Source: Fimbriosthenelais zetlandica (lineage: Eukaryota). From it: DNA of 64,000 nt. The stretch is from NCBI GenBank assembly GCA_977030845.1, contig OZ365115.1:15252001-15316000 (forward strand), written 5' to 3'. The notes below the pieces were generated by a model. The model made no database searches. It saw nothing but the letters and a program-made list of their open reading frames with translations, and had not been told where the DNA came from. Made by a program: the position numbers and the translations under genes. Below are positions 1 through 14,458 of the stretch, in pieces. The stretch's first letter is position 1, and each line of letters begins with the position of its first letter.

Positions 1-2766
1 ATTAAAGCTATACACACATCTCACACGGAGGTAGAGAGAAAAATAGAAAGAAAAATAGAAAGCACCGGCCAGTCCACGTGATATTATAGCAGTATAATCA
101 ATTACTACCCATCTTTATTATATTTGTTTTATTTAAAGATGAAAGGAGTTCGTCTGGAAGGAATATATTTTAAAATATTGTTCATGATTCAACAAAATTA
201 CTTACTTGGCTGACAAGGGTAAGAGAAAGCGATTTTGTTATAAAATCACTCGAGCCAGAAGTAAATCGTTAGACTCACCTGCAAAAAAGTAAAGACAGAT
301 TCATGAGTATTTTTCCAAATTTCATAAACTAAAAAATAGTTCATATAATAGCTAATCAAATATATTTTTGTATATTTATTATTTATAATCACAATTCTTA
401 CCACGATAATATCTAATACAATCAAATCAAATGATGCTTAATTCTTATACTGATTTAACAAAATCAAGTGGACAGTTTGCTTTTCATTCTAAATCAACAC
501 TATTATAAAAAAAAAATTTCTGGATTAGGATGTCTATGAACCATATGTCATATGTTTGTTTATTCTCTGTCTGACACTTTGATTTGACATGAGCCAGAGG
601 GCAAGACCAAGGTCAGACTGATGATCATTATTTATCATTCCCACATGATCAATTCTGCAGAGGTCATCACCACCATAGACTTTCACAGGTCTTTAACTCT
701 ATTTTACATCTACATTCCTTATGGAAACATCTGAACAGGAATATGAAATTTCTCTTGTCTTTAATAACTTAGAAAGAGCCCCCAGCTGAAAATCATACGA
801 AAACTTGAGTAATCAAGTGTGTGAGCTGGTATTCACCCATTACAGGCTCTATAAAAATTCGAAAAAAAAATTACATTTCTTCATTAGCCTATACATGTAT
901 TTTAGTCACTCCAAACTTGATTTAAGAGTTCCAGAGACTTCGTGAAAGTTCTGAATTTTTATTAATAAAGATTAAAAGATTATCACACACTTTTAGAGAA
1001 ATTAAGTGCATTTCTATATCAGGAAAAGTCTTGAAAATGCCTTTCATTATTTCAGAAATATTTAAGGATTGTTTAGACATTAGCAATATGTTCGGACGTT
1101 ACCACATGCAATTGGAATATTGTAGAAAATATTTGGAAAAAAAGAAAGAAATGAAATGAGCAGGAAGTGGGAGTAGGAAGTAGGTCAAGGTCAGAGCTGG
1201 ACCAGGTGGTGGGACCAGCATGTGAACTATCCTGGTGCCCGGCTAATCATGAGAAGACGCCATCTACAGGCGCCCTGTGAAACCACCATGCTGGTTCATC
1301 TACTCCACACATCATGTAAAACATCCCGAATACAAACCTCTATATGGGAACTAACATCAAGTGATAGTTCCCATTAGCAGGAATGATTGAAAATTTCACA
1401 GACCGTTTTTAGGGGCTTAAAGAAACCTAAATATAAATTTACTTGAACAGGACTGTAATTCTGGAAACTTATTCTGTTAATTAATAGGAAAATGGAAAAT
1501 ACCATCTAAAGCAAAGGCTTAGAATTTCAGGGTAGATCCTGTCTATTGTATAGAGAATATTTCTTCACAGTTTCAAGTTCACAATCTGTCACATGTATTA
1601 CCAAAAACTTCTAGACCCACCTTAGACTTAGTAAACTGAACCTAAAGAGGTACTTTCGTTCAGAAATTAGAGGATTTCCTGTCAATTAGTAGTAATAATT
1701 TTGAGGAGTGCTTGTTTTACTGTAATGAGGGTTGTTAGTGGACTTTCTGGTTACCATGGTAACTGGATCATGATCCACATGTTGATAGGTGAAAACAAGA
1801 TCCATCAGACAGGCTCTACTTATTACAGATCCCCGTTATACCATCAATATTCATGACTACAACTCACAGATTCCGATACAGATTGCCCATAGATGCAATT
1901 CCAGGCATCTCAAGTTTCGGGAACCATCAAAAGGAATATTTGAAGTTATAACAACACAAATTTGCAAATAGAACATGAAGAATTGACTGGAGTTTTGTAC
2001 TTCAGCAGATTGAGATTTATGCTAATTAAAAAAGGTAATAAAGGATAAATTGCCTGACGATTGGCGTCTCTAAATAATATTACTCGTGACGTTGTATGGA
2101 TCGTTATCATGCGGCAGTGATTTTTATTCTAAAGTAGTTCAACAAATCACAGTAAACACTCCATTAGCCAACATTCCTGAATTATAATGAACAACTGAAC
2201 ACAGTGCCAAGTTCCTCAGGTGTTGTATAAAGCTCCCTCCTATCAGGGAACACCTCTATGATATAGTGAATTTCTCACAGTCCCAAGTTCTTGAGTTGTC
2301 GTATACAGCTCCCTCTGATTAGGGAACCTCCATATAGTGAAAAACCTTTTTCAATCCCAAATATGCACTACATACCTTTTCCTAATCCCCAAAGTGTTCC
2401 CTATTACTGTATTCCTTCCTTCATTATAATATATATCAATCTTCATATATATTTTTGAGGAATATTTGCTGTACTAAGATGAAATTTGTCTGACTGTATA
2501 ATTATTTGTGCTTTAAATGAGTCTGTCTGTATATTTGTGTTTTATATTTCTCTGACTGTATATCTTTGCCTGTATAAATGTCAGTTGGTATATAGGTAGA
2601 GTTATAAATTTATCACAAAGGTTGGACAGTCCAGGTGAACATGTGACCTTTTGTAGAAAGCATTGAGTGAAGACATACCGTGTCCACCATATAGCCTATA
2701 GTCTGCTACATTCCTCCATATCATTCTACACCAGGCCAAGGCAAAGTCACTCCTGCTTCTGGTGTA

Positions 2767-2976
2767 AAGCCTGGATCACACTAATCCGATTCTCTACCCG
2801 GCTCCATCCCATAACTGTCTGAACCTATATATTTGTATTCAGATCAAATGCTTGTAATTTGAACAGACCATACAGGTAAGGCTAACCACTGACACAATTT
2901 GAATCATTAGATGTCATTAGAAATGGAGATGCGGATGGCGACGGATAGGAGAATCAGATTAGTGTATTCCAAGCTT
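2767..2976. mobile_element. ~210-bp MITE, PIF/Harbinger-like, copy 1
   Basis: Inverted ends AAGCCTGGATCACACTAATC...GATTAGTGTATTCCAAGCTT in a TA/TAA context. A colinear diverged copy lies at 18820-19029 (shared aatgcttgtaattt-aacag, accactgacacaattt, cattagaaatgg, gcgacggat-ggagaatcagat). Confidence 0.65.
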
Positions 2977-3721
2977 AATACTGGAACAATTCAACATACA
3001 TGTATACAGGAAACACTCTGAACCCCTTCAGCCTAATTCCAAGGCTAATATAAGGCATACATAAGACTTCTACGATACAATATATGGTCAGAATAATACC
3101 GTACATATATCTTATTATATAAACGATTGATTAATATTTATATTTATTTGCTACTCTTGCCAAATATATTACTTCCATAAAGAAGATCATTGGGTAAATC
3201 GTTATCTATTTTCGCTACATTTCACTCTAACATTTCTTGGGATCTGTAGCATCAAATTTCTTATTTCTTATTCCAGGAGTTTGAATTAAATAATTTCATC
3301 AAGGCAACAGGGTCACATATAGAACTAATATTACATAAATTGGAAATGAGATTTCTAGGAAGTTTACAGTGGAACTTGTACAAAATTGAGAAGGGTATAT
3401 ACACTTATTTGAGGTAGTGTATATTAGGCGCTAGTGAATACACATTGAATCAGAGCTAGAGCTATATATATGAAGAGTGCCAAAACACAGACCTATCAGA
3501 CGGAACATGGACGTGAGAGGTAGAAAAAAGGTGCGAGTAGATCTGGTAGAGTGGGAAATAGAGCTAACAGTGGATGCTGCCAGATCTGACAGACAGGGGG
3601 CGGGATTAGAGAGAGGGGGGGGGGGGGGGGGGGTGAGATCAACTATACCATCATACAGGCATACAGGGGGTTAGATATACATTGAACAAACATTATGTAA
3701 CATTGTTTGAGGCATGAGCCA

Positions 3722-4035
3722 TGATTTGATTGGATTGAATAGAGTTTAACGTCACTTTCAACAATTTGTCATTCATATCATGACGGTGCCTACTTGTGAC
3801 AGTGAGCCCAATGGTCTTTTATTACAGTGCTGCCTCACTGAGGTATCATGTCGCAGGCACATGACATGATACCTCACCCAGTCACATTATACTGACACCG
3901 GGTTGACCAGTCCGAGTACTGTCCGAGTCATTGGTATGACCATAGATGTGAAGAGACGCATATATGACCCGGCCACGGTTCGAACCGGCGACCTTCCACA
4001 TGATCCATGAGGCAAGGCTCGCTTATTGCACAGGT
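3722..4035 (-). mobile_element. tRNA-derived SINE
   Basis: Minus strand has a B-box GGTTCGAACC in a degenerate tRNA head, a body GGTGTCAGTATAATGTGACTGGGTGAGGTATCATGTC...CAGTGAGGCAGCACT, and a GTTAAAC plus (CAATC)-like tail. It resembles SINEs widespread in marine invertebrates; the family name is not verified. Confidence 0.75.
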
Positions 4036-5788
4036 TTTTCAGGGCATTGTACAACCATGTTAAAAAGCTAAAATAGAATAATTTGCATGGCCATAAGCGA
4101 TGGCGAATCACATCTCAAAAATACTCCCGCGATGGTCCCATAATTCGCACAGAAATCGGGGAGCAATTTATTGGCAATTAGTCTACAATTTAACAATAGC
4201 AATTGAGATTGTACTACCAGTTAAAGTGATACTTTTTAGTGACAGTCATGGTATAACAAACCGTTTATAATTAGTGAAAATAAAACTGAGAGATGAGAGA
4301 GGAATATCCTCAAAAAGGACTAAAGACAGGTCTAGGTGCATGTAAGGCTGGTTTATGGGGCTGGGATGGTGGAGTAGACAGGGCCGGGACTTCATGCTGG
4401 CATGGTCAGTGGAAATGTCAGTTGTCTTTAATACCTACTTGACCATGTTTATAGGTGGACAACAATGACCAGCCACTGACCAGTAGTGGACGACAGGCAG
4501 AGAAAGTCAATATACTCTACAAACACTCGCCACTTCAAAGGTCATTTCTCCACGAATATTTTTGAAGGATTTACAAGAATTGGTTCCACTTGAAAACATC
4601 GAATTACTGGCAAATATTTGACATATTTTGAAATATTTAATACAAAATGTGACAACCAGGCAATTGACATCCAGGCAATTGGAAATCAGGCAATAGGCCA
4701 TTGGCAACCAGGCAATTGCCTAAAAAACAAAATGAGAATGACAAAAGTTTCAAAATAGACAATTAAAGTTCCCAATATTCCCAAAGATTATTGGACGAAT
4801 CTTTCTCCTATATATTAGAAACACAAACTATACTGGAAGAATAAAATGTTCCCTCATGAGCAATTTTCGGTATATTCAGCCCTTCATATTCAGGAAAAAA
4901 GGTTCTAAAACGAAATCCTTTTAAGATGTCACAACATGTCAAGGGAAGCTCCCCAAGTGCATGCAGACTTATTTTTCTAGTAATATTTTTACTTTAATTT
5001 TTTTTCTCGGTGGGAAGAAAGCCTCTGTCGACCACCCGGCTTGCCCCGGCGGTGACAAGACAATATCAAATCTTTACAAAACAAAGAAGAGAGGATTTTA
5101 TTAATCTGCCTTTAATAACTCAACTTCCGTCATCCAAGAGCAACTCGGCAGTTCCAGACATATATGTGGAAAGCAGATCAGATTTTTGTATCAAAATTGA
5201 AGAGATAGCAATGGCACATCACAGCAGAATCAGAAATGACCTTGAACTGAACTGACCTTGAACTATAATTAATCTATCGATAACGTAATGATATATCCAA
5301 CCACAACTTCCAAAAACATGAAAGATCGAAGGCCATGTAATGCCCTAACATGTGATGCCCTAATACTAATGTCCCGTCCTGATCCCCCAGCAGGAGGTCA
5401 GTGACTGACCTTGACCTATTGACCTTGATATATAAAGGTCAGTATTATACATGATGATCAGGTGAATCTGTCCCACTGGAGGAATAACATGGTGGATGTA
5501 GGTGGAGGGCCGGGGGGCAACATTCCTATAGTGGAGGTGGTCTATATCATCATTCTACCTCCAGATACCGCCCTACTTTGTTTAATATTCAGCCAGCAAT
5601 TTATCGCTATCTCAGGACGAGTAGGACACACGCTGTTGGCACACGATGACCTGTTCTTATCGAACAACAGCAATGTTTCATTCTACAGACTGTGGGAGAC
5701 ATGGCTGATCTTTGACATTCCTCTCACCAGAGGCAGTGAGAGAACAATAGATGGAGTAGGACATTTTTGGAGAATGTGAGAGAATGAT

Positions 5789-5789
<1 letters not shown>

Positions 5790-5854
<65 letters not shown>

Positions 5855-5985
5855 AGACAGGGAGAGAAAGGGAGAGAAGAGAGAGGGAAAGAGAGAGTGA
5901 GAGAGAGGGAGGGAGAGAGAGAAACAGAGAAAGAGATGCAGAGAGAGGGAGAGGGAGAGAGGATTAAGAGGGAGAGGGAGAGATG
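5790..5985. repeat. (GA)n microsatellite and purine-rich tract
   Basis: About 30 perfect GA units followed by degenerate GA/GGA. Confidence 0.95.
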
Positions 5986-8569
5986 TTAGGAGCCTGTATT
6001 CTGTTCACACAGGTAGGGTCAGTGGAGTGTATCAGATCCAGGGGTGGTCAGACGTGTATAGCATGGATTAACAGGCCTACAATAGTGACGGGGGAGGGGG
6101 GATTAAACATCAACCAGGGATCGTTCTGCTACAGTGAAGATTAGGGTCAGATTAGCCTCTAAATCTGATAATCCAACACAAACAACACCTAAACAGATTA
6201 ACGCTCAGCGCCCTGTCAGGGTGCAGGCCATTTATGAAAACAATTTTCTGATGATTTTTCAAAATTCCCTCATGACTTTGATCTACAACCCCTTTGACAA
6301 GTGTTCAATATAGTACTCATAAACAATACTGATAGTTTAATATCAAAATATGGGTAACCCAACCAATAAACATAGTGAAACTGACAATTTTCTCTATTGA
6401 AATAAATAAAATATAAATATATTGAAATAAATAAATATTGAAACAAATATTTCCAAATTCGGCATTTTAATCAGATTTGCCTACAGATGTAACCCTGTAA
6501 CAGCCTGTATATAATTCAGTATACGAAGTTGTTTTTTTTTTACAATTTTGATTTACTAAACCCAAACGATTCGAAAAGAAATATAAAGATGAACTTAAAG
6601 AATTTAGAAGACCTGAACCTCTACCATATACACTAATTAAATTCCGATCATAAACTGGACAAAAACTCAGACATGACAGCCAAGATTCTGACAAATATCA
6701 GGCCAAGAAAATCATTTTTTAACAACAACAATCTTCCCAACCAGAATTTGTACACTTCATAATGAATTTCCACACGGAATTGTCACAAAAAGACTGAGAA
6801 AAAATAAATAACTATTATAAGGGAAAATCACAGATCAAAGCTTGGATCATCCCTCAAATCACTATTGTATCCAAACTACTTGGAAGATCTTACGACTTTA
6901 TTTTAAATGATACTATATGTCACATGAACCTGACTGTTCAGTTCTTGGCCTAAATTCTAAAGAAAGTCATCAGTCATCCACAAACCAACTAAAGGTTTGA
7001 CGTGAGGTCAGAGTGAAGTATTGTTAACATTATAATACGTCTGTCTGGTTAATAATGTCAGGGATTACAGGCTCTAAATCATGAAGAGTGGAGACATACA
7101 TCATGCCTTAATCCGTCTATTGTCTTAATCCAAGGATTACGACCATCTATAGGTCTGCCTCTCTCACCTCCCGGACTCATTTATGGTCAGGTTTAAATTA
7201 ATTTATTTAATTATTTTAAACATCAAGCTTCAAGTAAGGCATGTAAAAAACAAGTTCCAAAGTTCTTTAAAACAAAACAAATCAAAGCTTTGGGAATCAG
7301 AGAATTTCTTCAGAGCTTTCCCCAATAATTTATGGCCTACAGATTAATTTCAAAGAACCTTAATGGAATATTCTGATCATTTTCAGGAGAATTTATTAAA
7401 TTTATAACAATGCCTATCACTGAATGAAAGGACCGGGGAAACTATAGACTGATAGTTCCCTGATCCCCTGGGAAGACAGGGGGAGAGACTGCATCTACTG
7501 ATAACATGTTCCCTATAGAGGACCCAGCCACAATCTCCCATCCCCCCTCCCTCCCCCTCCCCCACCCTTCTGTTTTTCCCAAGAACGATTTTTTTCACTG
7601 GTGATAAAAGACAAAGGGCCTGCCTCTCTCGTCAATATCTGGACTTTCTTATACTTCTTGGGGAGAAGAAATGATTTTAAAGGAACTAAAAGTGGTATTT
7701 TAATTTTTTTTCTCCCCTCTCTGTCGCTCCGGGAGGTATTGATATGAGGGAAACAATGTCAAACTTGAGATGCGGTGAAAAATGGAGATGGGGAGAGAGA
7801 AGGTGCAGAAGACAAGCTTCATCACACATCTCTATAGTTATATGGTGTTTATTTTAGTGGAGAAATTATAACACACTCACAGAAAAAACTATCAGTACAA
7901 TGTCTGGGGATTATCATGTACAATTTTATAGTTTTTAACCTTGAATTAACCTTGACAGACATGAGAATATGCCTCATTTAAAATCACAACAAATATATTC
8001 TCTATTCTATGAGAAAGAGATCTGTTATAAAAACATTTTTCAGTTTACTTCCTTTCGTCTGACAGGAAATAAAGGGATTAAAATCATTTTTCCATAAGAT
8101 CTGTTATCAGGCTTTCGAAACCAATCTGACACCTCGTTTGATTTTGTTCTATTTTTTCACAGATTGGTATACTTCTACACGTATAAAACGTCATGATCTG
8201 ATCCATGTACATGTAAGGTGTACCCTTAAACCGACCATGTTTGTCTTGTCCTATTTTCCTCTCTATGTTTAAAACCCGTGAAGCGACCACCCCCTTATAG
8301 CGACCATATTGAGTCAGTCCCAAAAATGGTCGCTTTCAGATCATTGCGGGGAATTGTGCAAGTCCCAGAAACCATAGATTACATTGACTCAACCCTAAAC
8401 GAGGAGTCCCACCCACGAGACAAAGCACCCGGCCTACCAGCTGAGTCATTCTCCACCCCCTAAACACCTGTCTGACGGTCCCAGTACAGGTAGACCCAGG
8501 TAGGTGGGGGGGGGGGGGGGGGTCATTTATTTGAAGGCTGACTTCAGGGGCTCGGTTCTGGTGTTTTAG

Positions 8570-8850
8570 ACGGAGGGAGAGAGAGAGAGGGAGAGAGGGA
8601 GGGAGAGAGAGAGAGTAAAAGAGAGGGAGAGAGACAGAGAGTAAAAGGAGAGTGGAGAGAGGGAGGAGAGAGTGGGGGAGAGAAAGGATACGAGAAAAAG
8701 AGAGGGAAAGAGAGAGGGGGAGGGAGGGAGACAGAGAGGAGAGAGATAGAGAGAGGTAATCATGGGAGAGAGGATAAGGGCAGAGAGGGATAGAGTGAAT
8801 GAGAGATAGGGGAGGAGACAGAGACTGAGAGAGGGAATGGAGTATAGAGA
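8570..8850. repeat. Degenerate (GA)n purine tract, with an adjacent poly-G at 8505-8522
   Basis: Visible directly in the sequence. Confidence 0.9.
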
Positions 8851-11809
8851 GTGATCTGAGAGACTATTGTGTAAAAATTGAGGACATTTAGCTATAATCG
8901 GCCATTATAAGATAATGGCACGCAAACACAGGTTGAACCATTATCTAATTTGACAATCAGATCTAATAATCATCGAATTATTCACGTTAATTACTGCCAA
9001 TTAAGACTAATTAACAACAGGTGAAAATGACAAGGTTTTCCCTCTCAATGCCACACAAAGGAAAACATATGGATTTGGCCTCAGGCCGATTTATATTGTC
9101 ATAAAAAATGTAACATTTCAAAATGGAGTTGTTCACTAATCGAAGGGAATCTCAAGGAACACCTCAAGAACCTGGCACTGTGAACAAGTGTTCACTAATC
9201 AGAGGTGTTCTTCCTAATGGTGATTTTACTGAAATCATACACATAATAGCTTACCATATATAGAATAGCATGGTCTGGCATACATGGGCAATGGCCTCAG
9301 CTTCCCATAGGTTCCAAGGAACAGGGAAGGGGAGGAAGGCGGGGGTGTGGGTGGGGGGGGGGGGGGTAGTGGGTGGGGTCACATTTACCCCGTTACCAAG
9401 GTAACCACGCGTAGAAAATCCAGAGTGGGAGAAAAGAGGGCAGAATATGAGTCAGAGAACAAAGAAATACATCAGATCTAACCCAGAATACGTCTATAAC
9501 AAATATATAACGTATTATAACGATATAATAATAGACAGAGATGGGTGGGGCATGGGAGGTGGATGAGAATAATAAATATACAGGTTACCATGGTAACAAA
9601 GGTAAGGATGGGGTACCTGTAATAGGCGACCAGCACGCTCAGGTAGGACAAGGTGGTGGTGGTTTTTTTTGCATGATTGAATAAATGAGTCACAGGTAAG
9701 GCGTTTAAAAATCACATTATCACTGTACCGAAAAAAATGACATAATTTTTAGGTCATTGGTACCAGTGACTGGGGATATGGCGGGTATTCCATAATAGAT
9801 AATCCAGCAGATCAGATTATGAAACAGGCTTAGGACTGGTATACGCTACTAGATTAAGGTTTAAACTCTTCGATTTAAAAGGTTTTGTAATGGATCATTT
9901 ATTGCATATGTGTACTCCAATAATATGGATCCATATTTTGAGTGCATGTACATAATGTATGATTGTTCCAATTGGGACAATCGGACAAATTGTGTCAATT
10001 TAGGGTACTTTTTAAAAGAATTTTCACATTCATTTTGTGTGTATAAGGCTTGGGGATCCATACCTGAATCTGGGCAGGCAAGCATGTTTGGATAATGTGT
10101 TTGGAAACACTATACACTCTATCTATTACCAATATACTGGGCAAATATAAACAACATGATACTAGTCACTCAAACATGTATATACAGTTTCAAACACACA
10201 CACGGTGACACACCTATAATACTTCTACACACTCACTAGCAGGGATCGCACTACCCACTGGCTACTTCCCCTTCCCCGGACAACTACATGTATTCAAAAA
10301 GAACCGTCAAAGAAATTGTCATGTATTCATCCACATTTTTCTGAGAGATTGCAATAAAAATCGTGACTTATAACCAATATTTCACACATACAGAACTTTG
10401 GAACAATTCGATCCTGTTTTCTTAATCCAGTGAATTAACATTTTAAAAGCTATCCATCCCCGCCCAAATAAAAACACTGTGTCCCCCACCCCATTTTTAG
10501 ACATATATATATAAATTATCCAAGGAAAACTGAAAACTGAAAACTAAAAACTGAAACTGTAGAGAAAAGTGGGAAGTTGCATGAGAGTAGATGAGAAGGC
10601 GGACTCAGTCTATCTATCCCCAGACTCAGGCAGGCTCAATAGGGATTTTACGTAAGGGCTTATTGTCAGGACCCTATTGCTATTGTCATGCCCTTTAGGG
10701 GGCCATAAACAGCCCCCGGGGAGTCATTTGTCCCTGTGCTGGTCGACCAGGCCCTACACAAGTGACATCAACACAGAGCCAGCGCTGAAACCTATAGACT
10801 TCAACTCTGCTCTTAAATTTTTAAATTTCAAATTCCGAGTTTTCTCTGCCTTGACTCTATATTTTTCTTTCTTGTACTTTATATTTTCTTCATATTAAAG
10901 TGGAGAATTAACCACATTAATCCTAATTTATCCTGTTATTTCTGAGCCATATATAAGGATTAGTATATGTAGTAAGCTTGAAGTGTTAAGCCAATGTCTG
11001 CTGTCCAGCCAAAAGGTCAAAATGTATTTTGCAATGTTGACTTTCAACCGATTCATTGCCCTATTCCCAGCCCCGGGGACGCACGTAAATGGGCATGTGT
11101 ATGAAATATCTAACGAAATTTATTTTTATCAAAAGTCCAAGACATACCAAGTGCCATAATTTATTTATTATATACCTGCCTGAAGTATGAATGAGATATA
11201 TGCCACTGTACCATATGCACACAATTACAGCAGGAACCAATGGACCCATATCTTATGAGTTAAGAACAATAGAGATGTGATATAGAATAAGTGTATTGTT
11301 CTTATAGCATTGACAAGTATGACATGCATGTAATACTTCACGTGTAACAATACACGTATCACACACGTCCTGTATACACAGAAACACATGTTCCTTTTGT
11401 TTTATGAATGTAAAGAAAACATCAAGTTTATGTAGCATTTCACAAAAGGTACTACTGTACATACGGGATCACCTACGAGTAGGACACAAGTGGGCAAAAA
11501 TACCAACAAAAAAACATTATCCTCCGGTGAAAAGAACCTCCTGTGTATTCTTTATCTTTTTGTGGGAAGATGGATGGTCGGAACTGGTGAAAGAATCTTT
11601 ACAAAAGGAAATTTAAAAAAAGGAAATTAAAAAATAACGGAGGAAAAGATAGGTGGTTGTAAAGAGATGTGCAGCATCTGGCTGAGTTCATGATCATTAT
11701 ATATAGATCATAAATCACGGGCTTAAATTTACACTCTATACCTGGTAGGTAGGTACAGTAGGGACCCATTAAACCGACATCCCACGGTACCCAACTGATC
11801 CTGGTCGTA

Positions 11810-12160
11810 TATTGGATTGGTCGCTTTACTGCGTTTGTCTTATGAAGTTACCGAACTGATCGTGGTTGAATTGGACTGGTCGCTTTATCTCTTAGACAAA
11901 TTGTTCTAGGCAATTGGTTGTCACATAGTGAGGTGGTCGCTTTAGTGAGTATGTGTTAGAAAGATGGTTCAAGCCATATGATTGTCACATAGTGAAGTGG
12001 TCGCTTTAGTGAGTATATATCCTTATAGTGTTAAATCATTTGGTTTGGGCAATTTAGTGGTCACATAATCATACTATAGTGAGATGATCGCTTTAGTGAA
12101 TACTTTTAATAGAGATGTAAATATAAGGTTTTGACCATTTAGTGGCCGCTTTACAGCTTA
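11810..12160. repeat. Degenerate tandem subrepeats (tggtcgcttta / tgtcacatagtga), likely a MITE interior
   Basis: At least 5 copies of TGGTCGCTTTA. The same GTGGTCGCT / AGCGACCAC motif recurs at 8280, 14940 and 48050-48180. Confidence 0.55.
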
Positions 12161-13319
12161 CTGAGGAGTTTGTTAAAATTACGTCAGACTCCACTGCATA
12201 TAATTATGTCATTTGATTATAATTAATTAAAACAAATTACGATGGTGCAAATTGTTGGGAGAAATCGGGAAAATTGTTGAGTGAGAAACATGTGGGCCCG
12301 TCTTGGCCTCAGCATGTCTTAGCGCTCACTTGTGGAATAGATTTGAGTGTAGGGAAGTGACCTATTGATGGTGACTCGGGTTACGGCGACAATGTTTTAA
12401 CTTTTAAACAGCACGTACGTCTGCTACCAGTCACTGAGGCTGGGTGAACTGGTACAGGCGGTAAAAATCACACCAACTTACAAGCCCCAAGCTCAGCCCT
12501 TCACCAGCTGCTGGGATTATTTCTAAAAATCAAGTTAGTTTTAAAATAGGATGCCAATATTTTTTTTAATTAATATGTGATTTTTAACTATGTGGCATCA
12601 GGATCCAAGTGAGATAATCAAAAGTCCCAGGTGATGGAGAAAATATGAAGGATTTAAAAGATTTAAAATGAGTTTTAAAGGTTTGAAAATTATAGCTAGG
12701 ATAACAAAAAAGAGTAGAAAACTGCCGTATTTGTCTTGAATTACAGAATTTTAAGAAAGGTATGTGGAAAATGGAATGTTACAAAACTGAGGCCCTAGTA
12801 ACCACATGTTTATAAAGGTCACAATGACATTGAGTTTAGAACTTGTTTTTATGAACTTTCTATTTGCCCTTTGAACATTTCCATCCTGGTTACACATGTG
12901 TTGGTGAATTAAACGTGGTTTCTAAATACAACTAGAAGAAATCCTGAAGGGAAAACAGGCACAAAGTTCACTCACAAAACTAGTAACACATTATATTTTT
13001 TTTCATCACGAAAATGCTAAGAGAAATGTGTACAAAGCTTTCAGGTCCGTTTCGCTTAATGGGTCTGTGCGATTTTGGCTTATTTCATGAAAACAGATCA
13101 CATACATGTATACTGTTTTATAAGTTAGTTTTCATTCGGCTCGCCATATTTAGTGTGGAAGCAGCTGGAGGATAGTGAATGTCTGCTGCTACACCAAGCT
13201 GACACAAGACTAGATCTACTTCCTACAGACCATGAACAAACCAGAAATATATCAACAATCTCATCTCATGATGAAAACTCATGAAACTGACAGATTCATT
13301 ACTACAGATGACCACTGAC

Positions 13320-13537
13320 TACAGTCAAACCCCTCTATAGCGGCCAATTCATGGACAGAAAAAAGTCCACCATATTTGAGGTGTCCATAATAAGGAAATA
13401 TCTAGTAAAACCTTTATAAAGTGGTTATGATTGGGACTGGAAATTTCAATAAATACAATACCTAAAGAGTTTAATTTAACTCCAGCTTTAAATTTTAAAG
13501 CTGGAGAAAGGTGTTCAGTATATGGAGGTTTTCCCTA
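13320..13537. mobile_element. Tc1/mariner(pogo)-like MITE remnant
   Basis: Starts TA-CAGTCAAACC and ends in a degenerate GGAGGTTTT. Related ends (TACAGTGAAACC / GGTTTTACTGTA) occur at ~14955-14967, 15840-15853, 32268-32281, 38017 and 38753. Confidence 0.55.
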
Positions 13538-14089
13538 ATCAGAAGACCCGTATACAAAAACAAAACATTTGTGAAAATGTGTTCACTAAAATGCCACTAC
13601 CCCACAACCCGGTACATGTAGATTTTTTTTTGTAATTCAAGCCCCATATAAGCCTAGAGCAATGCCCAGGCCTAGAGCAATGCTCAGTCGTATCATATAG
13701 AATGATCAAAGGGCTAATTTGTAGTGTAGGCCTATATTATATTTGGGTTTTGCTTCTCTAGGGCCCCGCCCCCTCCTAACCAATTAGGATAATCCGCTTG
13801 TAGCCGTATAGGTTTACATGGTGTTTGTACTGGTTAATCCGTCCATGGCGGGTTAGTCCGCCAGTGGTCAGGGATTAGGGGATCAGTGGTCGGCAGGGGT
13901 GGGGTGGACAGACCATTAGTCTATAATGATCAATTAACCCACCTATACACGTGGACAGTGATCTAGGCGAGCCTGGGACGAGTATACGACCCGCGGAACA
14001 AATGATTACATGTATACATGTCTACCACTAAATTACTACAGCTGCTTACTATAGACTTTACACGGATAAATAGGATATTGGGAGGTTGG

Positions 14090-14354
14090 GATAGGGAAGA
14101 CGATGGAAAGAGGGAAATAGGGCGGAGGGAGAAAGAAAGGGAGACAGAGAGAAAGAGACAGATCAGAGAAGGGGATGGGGAAACTAGACAGGAAAGGGGA
14201 AGAGTGAAGGGAGGAGAGTGAAACTGAGGAGGACGGAAAGAGATGGCGGGGAAGATGGAGAGGGACAGGAGAGTGAGACGGGGGGAAAATGGACAGAAAA
14301 TGCTAGAAAAAGGGAGGAACGGGAGATGGGAGAAAGCTGGTGGAGCCGAGGATG

Positions 14355-14390
<36 letters not shown>

Positions 14391-14458
14391 AGGAAATAGG
14401 AGAGGGAGATAAGAGAGAAAGCGAAGAGAGAGGGGGGGGGGGGGGAGAGAGAGAGTAA
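14090..14458. repeat. Purine-rich (GA)n/(GGA)n/poly-G low-complexity tract
   Basis: Visible directly; it produces several spurious ORFs in the track. Confidence 0.9.

Noticed and set aside
3840-3880. Hairpin starting TGAGGTA (let-7-like seed)
   Set aside because: The stem is only 14 bp, the sequence diverges from let-7 after nt 7, and it is an internal part of the SINE.
5462-5779. 105-aa ORF and its open antisense frame
   Set aside because: No recognisable motifs and no convincing splice-site pair on either strand.
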